From an uncultured Methanosarcinales archaeon (GTDB lineage: Archaea > Nanobdellota > Nanobdellia > Woesearchaeales > CAYMBN01): a stretch of 20,000 nt of DNA. A model generated the notes under the pieces. The model worked only from the letters and a program-made list of their open reading frames with translations, was not told where the DNA came from and ran no database searches. The position numbers and the translations under genes are program-made. Location of the stretch: NCBI GenBank assembly GCA_964388715.1, contig CAYMBN010000001.1, positions 248,759 to 268,758 on the forward strand, in the 5' to 3' direction. Below, piece after piece: positions 8,178-17,766 of this stretch; positions within the stretch are counted from its first letter, which is position 1, and each line of letters starts with the position of its first letter.

Positions 8178-8819
8178 TTAAATTTCAACCTTGGTTGTGA
8201 ATTCCTTATTTAGTACTCTTTTAAAACCTTCTTTTGTAAAGGTTATAACATCAATTCCTCCACCTGATGCTGAGTCTCTTTGTAAAGCAGCATTGATTGA
8301 TTTTACTGCAAGTTTAACTCCTTCATCTACTGTGAGGTTTGGTTGGTATAATGTTTCTAAAACACCATATGCCATTACACTTCCTGAGCCAGATGAAATA
8401 AAGTCGTCTACTTCAGTGATGGAACCATCTGCGAAAAGATCATATATGTGAAAACCATCATTGTCTGAGCCACCCATTACAAAATGTGCGATTCCTGGTA
8501 TCATTGACATTCTTCGAATGTTACCATAAACCATGCCTGCTAATAGGTTTGCTGCCTCTTTTACAGTCATTTGTCTACTATTTCTTATTTCTTTAAGTTT
8601 GATTTCTGCTTTGATTAGTTTTGTTAGTAATTGAGCATCACTTACAGTACCTGCCATTGTGACTGCCATTGTATCTGCAATTAGATGTATTTTTTCAACT
8701 CTTTTGTTAACAATAAAATGTCCAGATGTTGCTCTTTTGTCAGCTGCAAGTACAATTCCATCCTTACAAACTAATCCCAGAGTTGTTGTACCGGTTTTCA
8801 AAAGTTCTTTTTCATTCAT
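8178..8819 (-). CDS. psmB: 20S proteasome beta subunit
   Basis: 10-aa propeptide ending KTG|TTT (catalytic Thr), AADKRAT, GSGS and RDSASG motifs. SD GAGGTG. Confidence 0.97.
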   Translation of the reverse strand: MNEKELLKTGTTTLGLVCKDGIVLAADKRATSGHFIVNKRVEKIHLIADTMAVTMAGTVSDAQLLTKLIKAEIKLKEIRNSRQMTVKEAANLLAGMVYGNIRRMSMIPGIAHFVMGGSDNDGFHIYDLFADGSITEVDDFISSGSGSVMAYGVLETLYQPNLTVDEGVKLAVKSINAALQRDSASGGGIDVITFTKEGFKRVLNKEFTTKVEI

Positions 8820-8937
8820 TAGTATGCACCTCAGAACTCCTTTATTCTAGAGGGGATAATATTGGTGTATATTTAAATGTTGTGGTTTTTTAATTAAATA
8901 TAAATAAAAGAAATAATTACTCTAAGCTTTGGGGAGA

Positions 8938-10161
8938 ATGAACGTTAGGTGTATTAAATGTCAGGGTAAAGGTCATTGTGGTAGGAGTTTTTGTCCTATT
9001 TATGCTAAAAGTGAAGCTATGTTTAAGGTTAGGAAAGAGGTTAAGGAAGACTTTTCTGGGTCTGCGCCAAATGTTTTTGTTGGAAGATATGGTTATCCTA
9101 ATGTTAATGTTGGAATTTTGAGTCCTTCTGAACAAGTAGGAGATGCCTGGTTGTATGATGCGCCAAGGCATTGGGCTGAAAAGGATTTTGGGATTAGAAA
9201 GATAATTGATTATAGGTCATCACTTGTTAATTCAAGGTATAAGATGGATGTTAAATTAAGGCATAAGTTTCTTGATGTTAGTCAGGAAGTTGGGATGGCT
9301 TCGAAACCTGTTGATATTGAAGTTGGTTTGGAAGCGAAGCCTAAATTTAAGCTTAGTTTTAATCCTGAATTAATGCCAATGGGACCTAATGCTAAATTAA
9401 AGAAAGTGCAAGTAGTTAGTAATCCGTTTGTGGATTCAAGAGTTGATAAAGTTGTTGCTGATACTGATTTTAAAGCGAATGATGCGATTTTGCATTTGTA
9501 TAAAAAGAATTTTGATGAGAATTTTTTATCAAAGTTGTTGAGTATTGGTAATATTGGTGTTAAGAAAAACAGAAAGTTGGTGCCAACGCGTTGGAGTATT
9601 ACTGCTGTTGATGATAATTTAGGAAAAGATTTGATTAAAAAAGCAAGGGATTTTCAAACTTGTGATTACTCTGCTTATTTTGGTTCGTATCTTGGTAATT
9701 ATTATTTAATATTATTTTTTCCAGATGTCTGGAGTTATGAATTGTTTGAAACATATGCTCCAAGAGCAAGTTGGAATGTGAGTGATGAAGTACAGTTTTC
9801 AACTGATCATGAAGGTTATTATGGAAGAAAAACTTATGCTGAGAATTGTGTTGGTGGTTATTATGCTGCAAGGTTAGCTGTTTTAGAAAAATTAGTTGGA
9901 ATGAAGAGGCAAGCGAGTGTGTTGTGTTTGAGGTTTATTACAGGAGAATATGCTGCACCTCTTGGAGTGTGGGTTGTACGTGAAGCTACACGTAAGGCTA
10001 TGGCTTCGAGTGCTATTAAGTTTGCTTCTAAAGAGTTAATGATGACTTATGCCAAACATTTGGTTAAGAAGAAGTTTGGGATTGAGTTGGATAATATTTT
10101 AAAGGAAAGTTTTTTGTTGAAAGAGATGAAACAGCAAAGTAAGTTGAGAGAGTTTTTTTAA
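8938..10161 (+). CDS. nreA: Nre-family PCNA-interacting DNA repair protein
   Basis: N-terminal CxxC-x4-C-x4-CP Zn module, PNVFVGRYGYPNVNVG, RKLVPTRWSITAVDD, GGYYAARL, PLGVWVVRE, and C-terminal PIP box QSKLREFF. Confidence 0.93.
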   Translation: MNVRCIKCQGKGHCGRSFCPIYAKSEAMFKVRKEVKEDFSGSAPNVFVGRYGYPNVNVGILSPSEQVGDAWLYDAPRHWAEKDFGIRKIIDYRSSLVNSRYKMDVKLRHKFLDVSQEVGMASKPVDIEVGLEAKPKFKLSFNPELMPMGPNAKLKKVQVVSNPFVDSRVDKVVADTDFKANDAILHLYKKNFDENFLSKLLSIGNIGVKKNRKLVPTRWSITAVDDNLGKDLIKKARDFQTCDYSAYFGSYLGNYYLILFFPDVWSYELFETYAPRASWNVSDEVQFSTDHEGYYGRKTYAENCVGGYYAARLAVLEKLVGMKRQASVLCLRFITGEYAAPLGVWVVREATRKAMASSAIKFASKELMMTYAKHLVKKKFGIELDNILKESFLLKEMKQQSKLREFF

Positions 10162-10177
10162 AAAAAGAAAAAAGAAA

Positions 10178-10363
10178 TTATTTTCCTTTAGCTTTTAACA
10201 TAAAAAGCCCTAATACAATTCCTAGTACTACAAATCCCCAGACAATTGATGGAAGTACTGATACCATCATTTCTTTGGCAAATATTACAAGTATTATTAT
10301 TATTGTTAATAAAATACCTCCCAAAGAAGCACCAAGTCCTATAAAATCATTTCCTTTAGCCAT
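10178..10363 (-). CDS. Small 2-TM membrane protein
   Basis: 61 aa with two hydrophobic helices. Strong SD GGAGGTGG before ATG. Confidence 0.75.
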   Translation of the reverse strand: MAKGNDFIGLGASLGGILLTIIIILVIFAKEMMVSVLPSIVWGFVVLGIVLGLFMLKAKGK

Positions 10364-10381
10364 ATAACCACCTCCATGGTT

Positions 10382-11296
10382 TTATATTAATTCTTGAATT
10401 TCTTCTGCTGATAATGGTTCATTGTAGATTCTGAAGTCGTCAATTAATCCTTTGTAATAAATAAAGTCAGGTGAGATCATAAAAGATGATCTTCCATAGC
10501 CAATTGTCATTTGTTCTTTTACTGGAATGTCATCAAAGAACGCTTTGTCACTTGATGATCCAAAGTTATAATCTCTGTTTGTCATTTCTTCTCCGTTTAA
10601 GTATCCTGCATTTCCATCTGGTCCTACAGTAACAGCAAAGTGATGCCAAGTGTTTTCTTCAAGGTTATCTGTTGAATCATAACAAAGGAAAGGTTCTGCA
10701 CCGTTCTTAACCCATGTTGAATAAAGCATTTTATTTGTTGGATCAGGAGTTGATCCTGAACCTTCACCACCTGCACCACCACTATGTCCTATTTCTATGA
10801 GGAACATGTTATCTTGTCCTTGTTCCATTCCAATGTAAAAGATTGGCATTAGTGTTTGTGTTTCAAGAATTGATTCATAATTAAACCAGAATGCAATTGT
10901 TCCTTGAGTTAAAGAGCCAATGTCATTTAATGGGAGATCAACATAGCTGTTATCAAGGTAAAGTGCTTTGTCTTTTTTTCCTTCAGAGAAACTTGTTTGT
11001 CCTACAATTGTTCCGTCATAGTTTCCTGTTGCATCTTTAAGATCATCATCGAATTTCCAGTATGCAACTAGATTTTCTGGAAATGTTTCTTGTGGTGCAG
11101 TGACTTGTGTTTCCTCTGGTTGTTCTTCAATAGTTTCTTCTGGTTTTGGAGTTGGTTCTTCAACTGGAGTTTCTTCTGGTGTTGGTTCTGTTACTTCTGG
11201 TTCTGGTTCTTCTGGTTGAATATCTTGTTGTTGTGCGCAACTTACAATGAATAAAATTAATACAAATAAGATCAGTATTTTTTTTATTTTAATCAC
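10382..11296 (-). CDS. Lipobox protein with LamG-like (concanavalin A-like) jellyroll domain
   Basis: Signal ...LFIVSC, PE-rich stalk, LVAYWKFDD...GTIAFW...WHHFAVT...YLNG...GLIDDFRIYNEPLSAEEI (Laminin_G_3 pattern). Start codon uncertain. Confidence 0.85.
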   Translation of the reverse strand: MIKIKKILILFVLILFIVSCAQQQDIQPEEPEPEVTEPTPEETPVEEPTPKPEETIEEQPEETQVTAPQETFPENLVAYWKFDDDLKDATGNYDGTIVGQTSFSEGKKDKALYLDNSYVDLPLNDIGSLTQGTIAFWFNYESILETQTLMPIFYIGMEQGQDNMFLIEIGHSGGAGGEGSGSTPDPTNKMLYSTWVKNGAEPFLCYDSTDNLEENTWHHFAVTVGPDGNAGYLNGEEMTNRDYNFGSSSDKAFFDDIPVKEQMTIGYGRSSFMISPDFIYYKGLIDDFRIYNEPLSAEEIQELI

Positions 11297-11376
11297 CTCT
11301 TTGGTTTTATGATATGTTTAATATATATAAAAGTTTTTATATTAGTAAATCTTGATAACTTTAAGAGGTGATGCAC

Positions 11377-11571
11377 ATGAGTTATATAAATTGGATGAAT
11401 AAATGTGTTAAGAAACTTGATTGGAAAGATATTGGATTAGTTAAATTAAGTGTTGCTGGATTTATTTTGATGGTCGCGAAGTTATGGTCAGGGATATTGG
11501 CTTTAGACTGGTATTGGTATCTAGTTATTGCATTAGTCGCTGCAATTAGACCAATGAAGAAGATGTTTTAA
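11377..11571 (+). CDS. Small membrane protein
   Basis: ATG 11377 lies 5 nt after SD GAGGTGA. Two hydrophobic segments (DIGLVKLSVAGFILMVAKLW; WYWYLVIALVAA). Confidence 0.75.
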   Translation: MSYINWMNKCVKKLDWKDIGLVKLSVAGFILMVAKLWSGILALDWYWYLVIALVAAIRPMKKMF

Positions 11572-11637
11572 TTGTTTTTTATTTTATTTTTTCTATCACA
11601 ACAATCTTTATAAAAAAAACCTAATTAAAATATATTT

Positions 11638-12725
<1,088 letters not shown>

Positions 12726-12729
<4 letters not shown>

Positions 12730-13094
12730 AGAAATCGTTTGAAGAATTGTATCTTGCATTGAAGGTTAATAGAGAGAAATGTCATTGGGCTTCTAAAGTT
12801 GATATTGAAGAGTATAGTGATGAACTAATAAGTGAGATCGAGGAAGTGAAGAAAGCTGTTAAGAATAATGATATGAAGAATCTTAAAGAAGAGGTTGGTG
12901 ATATGTTATGGGATGCTATTTTTTTAGCAATAATTGCTGAAGAAAAAGCTGGTTTTGAGTTAAAGGAAGCTTTACAGGGTGCTTTAGATAAGTTGAAGAG
13001 AAGGAAATCATGGATGTTTGAAGGAAAAGATGTTACAATTGAGGAAGCTAGGCGAATCTGGAGAGAAGCTAAGGCTAAGGAAAAAAATATTTAA
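12726..13094 (+). CDS. MazG-like nucleotide pyrophosphohydrolase (single domain)
   Basis: REKCHWA..., SEIEEV and LKEEVGDMLW (ExxE...EExGD) motifs, KLKRRKSWMF. Confidence 0.88.
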
Positions 13095-13118
13095 ATATGT
13101 ACTTCTTTAAATAATAAA

Positions 13119-13586
13119 ATGGCAAAGAAAGATATTCATAAGGAGATACAAGAAAAGATTGGGACTTATGAAGATAAAGAAAAGATGTGTATTTTTTGTA
13201 AGATTATAAGAGGAGAGATTCCTAGTTCTAAAGTTTATGAAGATGATGAGATTCTAGCTTTTCTTGATATTATGCCTGTGCATAAAGGACATACATTAGT
13301 TATTCCAAAACAACATTATGAAACAATATTGGATACACCTGATGAATTGTTGCAGAAAATTATTACGGTTGTGAAAAAGGTTGGTGGAGCTGTGATTAAA
13401 GCTGCTCAAACTGATGGGTTTAATGTTTTGCAGAGTAATAATGAAACAGCAGGACAGGTTGTTCCTCATTTACATTTCCATATTATACCTAGGCATGTTG
13501 ATGATAATCTAAAGTTTTGGCCTCAAGGTAAGTATAATGAAGGAGAGATGCAAGAATATCTTGAAGATATAAAGAAACATTTATAA
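13119..13586 (+). CDS. HIT family nucleotide hydrolase
   Basis: CIFCKI, AFLDIMP, GHTLVIPK and GQVVPHLHFHIIPR (histidine triad). Confidence 0.95.
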   Translation: MAKKDIHKEIQEKIGTYEDKEKMCIFCKIIRGEIPSSKVYEDDEILAFLDIMPVHKGHTLVIPKQHYETILDTPDELLQKIITVVKKVGGAVIKAAQTDGFNVLQSNNETAGQVVPHLHFHIIPRHVDDNLKFWPQGKYNEGEMQEYLEDIKKHL

Positions 13587-13612
13587 AAAAGATATGATTT
13601 TTCTGTGTTAAT

Positions 13613-13734
13613 GCCGCTGTAGCTCAGCCTGGTTAGAGCGCTAGACTCATATTTTTGAGTGATGAGGATTATTCCGATGAAAAGACTCATAACGAGGCAT
13701 CTAGAGGCCATGGGTTCAGATCCCGTCAGCGGCA
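13613..13734 (+). tRNA. tRNA-Met(CAT), probably elongator, with 47-nt intron at 37/38 (13652..13698)
   Basis: Acceptor GCCGCTG/CAGCGGC+A, D stem GCTC/GAGC, anticodon arm CTAGA-CTCATA|A-TCTAG, T stem ATGGG/CCCGT. G1-C72 and no GGG/CCC anticodon stem argue against initiator. Upstream TTTATAAA and downstream T tracts. Confidence 0.92.
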
Positions 13735-13745
13735 TTTTTATTTTT

Positions 13746-14078
13746 TTAATTTGAATATCTTTTATCACAATCTTGTATAGTGGTTGTAACTTCTTTGATA
13801 TAATCTCCTAGTTGATTGCCTTGTGCTTGATACCTTTCTAGACTGCTAAGAATTGCATTTAGTGCTGGTTTAATATGTCTGGGGTATAATCCAATTACTA
13901 CATCTTCTCGTTGATGTTCTTTTAGGAAGTTACTTAATTCCTCAAACATATGTATAGCAGAGTCAGGACTTGTTATTCTAATTGTATTTGTAAAATGATC
14001 AGTAATCAGTTCTGCTGTTTGGGTGCTTTGAGCAACACAACTTGTAGAACTAGACTGTACTTTTTGTACTAAACCCAT
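13746..14078 (-). CDS. Hypothetical protein
   Basis: 110 aa from ATG 14078, preceded by SD AGGTGA. No recognisable family. Confidence 0.55.
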   Translation of the reverse strand: MGLVQKVQSSSTSCVAQSTQTAELITDHFTNTIRITSPDSAIHMFEELSNFLKEHQREDVVIGLYPRHIKPALNAILSSLERYQAQGNQLGDYIKEVTTTIQDCDKRYSN

Positions 14079-14210
14079 TTTTTCATCACCTTTTTTGGTT
14101 AATATTTTTATCTTCAAATCAAAATTTGAAGTTAGTCTATAATCAAAAGGTGGAGAGTTATTGTTTATATAGTTATTGATTTTGTCGACGAGAAAAGGTA
14201 TTACTTTATA

Positions 14211-14525
14211 TTACTTCTTATAAGGGAATCTCATGTATTTCTTGCAGTTGAGGCAGTAATATACTAGTTTGCTTTTGTTTGTTCTTATGCGGCAATTCTT
14301 GCTTGGCACGAGGTAAGTGTAGCAGTGTTTACAAAATTGTTTTTTTAGGTTAGAAGGAATCTTTACTTTGTATTTCATAGCCATTTTCCTGGCAAGACGA
14401 ACATATCTATTAGATAATTTCGGGTCTTGTTTGAATGCTTTTTTAGCTTGTTTAAATAATTCCTTGATTCTCTCATTAGCTATCTCAAGCTGTTTTTTAG
14501 GCTTTTTATTGTGTTTCCTAACCAT
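14211..14525 (-). CDS. rnp4: Ribonuclease P protein component 4 (Rpp21)
   Basis: IANERIKELF...RYVRLARKMAMK...FCKHC...CLNC...RFPY: helical N-terminus plus Zn ribbon. Confidence 0.93.
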   Translation of the reverse strand: MVRKHNKKPKKQLEIANERIKELFKQAKKAFKQDPKLSNRYVRLARKMAMKYKVKIPSNLKKQFCKHCYTYLVPSKNCRIRTNKSKLVYYCLNCKKYMRFPYKK

Positions 14526-14548
14526 ATACTTCAATGAATATTCTTGGG

Positions 14549-14566
14549 TTTATAAAACTTTATATA
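14549..14566. promoter_or_regulatory. Back-to-back divergent TATA boxes
   Basis: TTTATAAA (14549..14556) about 23 nt from the rnp4 ATG and TTTATATA (14559..14566) about 22 nt from the ATG at 14589. Confidence 0.65.
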
Positions 14567-14588
14567 GGGAAATATATTTCTATAGTCT

Positions 14589-15842
14589 ATGTTTGAATTT
14601 ATAAAGAAATTTTTTACAAAACCTGTTGTTTACCAGGAACAGGTTCTATTGAATGAGGTTGATACTTGGTTTTCTAATAAAATGCGTTCTAGAACTAAAA
14701 GGTTGGATGATAATTTCTTTTCTTTTTTTAATTCTGTACAAACAGAAGTATCTTTTTTACAAAGTAAAATAAAAGAATTGGAAAGTGCAGAGATTGATGA
14801 AAAAGAAAATATTCAGCATAGGGTTAAGCAGGTGGTTTTAGGTAACAGACAACATTATGTAAGGCAGTTAAACAGTTTTATACAAAATATCAAGGTTCCG
14901 GAAAGCAAGAATGCTCAAGTAGGGATGAATTATCTTAATAGGCTTTCTGTTGAACTTGATAATTTTGCTAAAAAAACAACCAAAACATATTATACAACAC
15001 AACATTTATTCCATAAACAGGCTGATGAGATTGCAAAGATAATAAAAAATCTTTCTAATCTTTTGAAAGAGATGAAATCAACAATGAAGGAAGATGAATT
15101 AGAGCTATTACAACAAACACAAAGTATAATTAAAGAGTTTTTTGAAAAAAGAGAATTAAAAAGTCAGTTAGAAAAGGAACTTATTGAAAAACAAAGTGCT
15201 TTTAAGAAGGTTGAATCTGAGATTAATGAGTTTACAAATCAAATTAAAAATAAAACAGAATCAGATGGGTTTAAAGATTATACTGAGTTGGAACAAAAAA
15301 ATAAAGAATTGGATGATTCACTGAAAAGTATGAAGGATGAGATTTATAGTTTATTTAAGTCAATTGAACGTAGCCTTAAAAAGTTTGAACATATTGACGA
15401 TAAAAATCAAAAATTAATCAAAGAATATATCAATGATCCTGTAAAAACACTCTTTGAAGATAAGAGTTTTGAGATATTGAATATTCTTAAGGAATTGAAA
15501 GCAAATATTGATTCTTTGGGTTTAAAGGATAAAGAAAAGGAAAAAACATTGGATATACTTAAACAAATAACTTCAAAGAAACTTAAAGATTTTGTTAAAG
15601 AAGAGGAAAATATTAAACAACAGCAAAAATTACTTGGACAACAGGTAGAAAACCATGAGGTTAAAAAGTCTATTAATGAAATTAAATATCTTATGACTTT
15701 TAAACTTCATAAATTTGATAACATTAAAGAGGATATTGAGAAGATTAATGAGAAATTGAGTAGTATTGACTTGGAAAAACTTAAACAACAAATAAAAGAA
15801 AGTATAAAAGAAAGTATTAATATTGATATTATATTAGCTTGA
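14589..15842 (+). CDS. Coiled-coil hypothetical protein
   Basis: 417 aa, K/E/L/I-rich helical heptad pattern with no Walker motifs. Stop abuts the convergent gene with zero gap. Confidence 0.75.
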   Translation: MFEFIKKFFTKPVVYQEQVLLNEVDTWFSNKMRSRTKRLDDNFFSFFNSVQTEVSFLQSKIKELESAEIDEKENIQHRVKQVVLGNRQHYVRQLNSFIQNIKVPESKNAQVGMNYLNRLSVELDNFAKKTTKTYYTTQHLFHKQADEIAKIIKNLSNLLKEMKSTMKEDELELLQQTQSIIKEFFEKRELKSQLEKELIEKQSAFKKVESEINEFTNQIKNKTESDGFKDYTELEQKNKELDDSLKSMKDEIYSLFKSIERSLKKFEHIDDKNQKLIKEYINDPVKTLFEDKSFEILNILKELKANIDSLGLKDKEKEKTLDILKQITSKKLKDFVKEEENIKQQQKLLGQQVENHEVKKSINEIKYLMTFKLHKFDNIKEDIEKINEKLSSIDLEKLKQQIKESIKESINIDIILA

Positions 15843-17765
15843 TTATTTCTTTTCAAAAAAGAAATTTACTAACCATTTATTTAACTTACTTTGTTTTTTT
15901 GGTTTCTGTTTTTTCTTAGGTTTTTTTACTATTTTCTTTTTAGGAGCTTTTTTCTTAATTTTAACTTTTTTCTCTTGGAAAAAGAAGTTTAATAAAGATT
16001 TGCTTGTTCTCTTAAAAAAGTTTTTGATTTTTCTAAATCCTTTTTTTATTGGGTTAGAGATTTTTTTCTTTTTCATTTTTATTTTTGGTCTCCATTGTTT
16101 TAATTGTTCTATTTTGCTTAGCTTTTTAGGTTTTTTCTTTTTAGGAGTTAACATTATTACTGTTGTTAGTAATATTATTAAAATAACAACAATTGTTGCA
16201 ATTGCCCATTCTTTGAATTCCCATGCACCTAGGAAAGCACCTGTTACTTCTGGGATTCCTTCCTGTTTTTCTTCTTCAACAACAAGTTCTTGTTCTTCTT
16301 CTGTTGTTGGTTCTTCTTCAACTGCAGTTTCTTCTTTAACTGGTTCATGTTCTTCTTCAATAAGTTTTTCTTGTAAAACTTTGAACTTAAGTTCTGCTCT
16401 TCTGTTAACAATTTTTATTAGTGTAACTTCAAGATCATTTAAACCATTTGCATTTACATCAAGTTGTTTTGTTTCTCCAACATTAAGTTGTATTGTGATT
16501 GGATCTGATTTTATTGTAAGTTCTATATAATCATCATAAATACCATTTATTTTGATATGATGTGATTCACCTTTGAAATCAAATTCAATGTCTTGTCTTG
16601 CTTGTACTGTAAGTGCTTGTTCTTCAAATGTTTCTTTAAGTTTTAAATCAAGGGTTGAGATAATAGAACCTCCACCACCACCCCCTCCTGCTGATGCAGT
16701 AGGTGGTGCAGGTACTTCCTTCACTGTAACCCCAACACTGCTTGAAGTAGTATGATTTCTGTCACAACCAGACATTTCTGATATTGGATAAGCTTCAAAT
16801 GTGTGTATTCCTAGTTTTCCTGATGTTGACCATGTGATTGAAACATCTCTGGTTTCACCAACTGAAATAGTGTCAATACTTTGGACTGTTTCAATTAATG
16901 TATTGTCTTTGTAAAAGCTTACATTAAAGCCTGTTACATTATAATCTGCCATGTTTTCAATTGCAGCTGTAAATGTGATTGTGTTTCCTTCTGTTGGATT
17001 GTTATTGTTTACTGTAAGTGAAGCTGTCTTTAATGGATCAATTACACTAAATGAAATGTCTTCTTGTAATGATCCTCTTAATTTGTCATTTGTATTGTAA
17101 TAATCAAGATCTAATGTAGCACCATAATCAACACATGAAGGTGCTCTTAGTGAAATTATTTCTGTTTTAGTTGGTTCTGTGCTTACATTTTGTTGTGTAT
17201 AATTCATTGGTAAGTCATTACTTTCTAAGTCTTGTAGATTGCCTAGTTGTGCAATTTCTACTTTTGCTGAGCCTTCTCCTGTGTTTTCTGTTGTGATTGT
17301 TACATTAAATGATTGGTTGAATAGTATTGTTTCTGGTAATTCTTTTGAAAGTGTTAAATTAGGATTTGGAATTATTGAAAAGTTTAGGTTTTCGTCAATA
17401 GTACAGCTTTGATCTATGTCATGTTCTATTGTAAAAACTACATTAAGGTTTTGTGCATTAGGTTTACACATTAATACCCATGAAGTGGAATTTACTTGTC
17501 CTAATGGAACATCTCCAATACTTTGTGTAGTTGATATATTATCTCCTAAATACATACTATTTGAATCTGTTATGCTTACTGAAACACTAACATCATCTTT
17601 ATTAGGGAAAATGTTAACTGTAACAGGAACACCGTTTTCATCGCAAACAGCACCATCTATGTAAATTAACTTAGCACTGCTTTCAAGACAGTTAGCTGCA
17701 AAAGCCATAGGTATAACTAAGAAAATCATGATTGCAAATGTTATTAATTTTGTTAGCTTGTTCAT
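15843..17765 (-). CDS. Cell-surface protein: signal peptide, Ig/CARDB-like domains, Gly linker, C-terminal TM, long Lys-rich tail
   Basis: MNKLTKLITFAIMIFLVIPMAFA signal, CARDB-like PTEGNTITFTAAIEN...VSITW, G7 linker, acidic stalk, TM WAIATIVVILIILLTTVIML, many N-x-S/T sequons. Confidence 0.85.
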   Translation of the reverse strand: MNKLTKLITFAIMIFLVIPMAFAANCLESSAKLIYIDGAVCDENGVPVTVNIFPNKDDVSVSVSITDSNSMYLGDNISTTQSIGDVPLGQVNSTSWVLMCKPNAQNLNVVFTIEHDIDQSCTIDENLNFSIIPNPNLTLSKELPETILFNQSFNVTITTENTGEGSAKVEIAQLGNLQDLESNDLPMNYTQQNVSTEPTKTEIISLRAPSCVDYGATLDLDYYNTNDKLRGSLQEDISFSVIDPLKTASLTVNNNNPTEGNTITFTAAIENMADYNVTGFNVSFYKDNTLIETVQSIDTISVGETRDVSITWSTSGKLGIHTFEAYPISEMSGCDRNHTTSSSVGVTVKEVPAPPTASAGGGGGGGSIISTLDLKLKETFEEQALTVQARQDIEFDFKGESHHIKINGIYDDYIELTIKSDPITIQLNVGETKQLDVNANGLNDLEVTLIKIVNRRAELKFKVLQEKLIEEEHEPVKEETAVEEEPTTEEEQELVVEEEKQEGIPEVTGAFLGAWEFKEWAIATIVVILIILLTTVIMLTPKKKKPKKLSKIEQLKQWRPKIKMKKKKISNPIKKGFRKIKNFFKRTSKSLLNFFFQEKKVKIKKKAPKKKIVKKPKKKQKPKKQSKLNKWLVNFFFEKK

Positions 17766-17766
17766 T

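Noticed and set aside
8830..8857. Minus strand CCCCTCTAGAATAAAGGAG resembling a T7/pET vector leader
   Set aside because: Short match only. It sits in the native psmB 5' region with an archaeal SD and no other vector sequence.
13659..13683. Hammerhead-like TGATGA-[GGATTATTCC]-GA in the tRNA-Met intron
   Set aside because: The core needs CUGANGA...GAAA. Here C3 is G, GAUG follows stem II, and no stem I/III with an NUH site is evident.
13523..13768. 81-aa - strand ORF
   Set aside because: Antisense to tRNA-Met and the end of HIT.
14589..15842. Coiled-coil protein as SMC/Rad50
   Set aside because: No Walker A/B, signature, hinge or zinc-hook motif, and it is too short.
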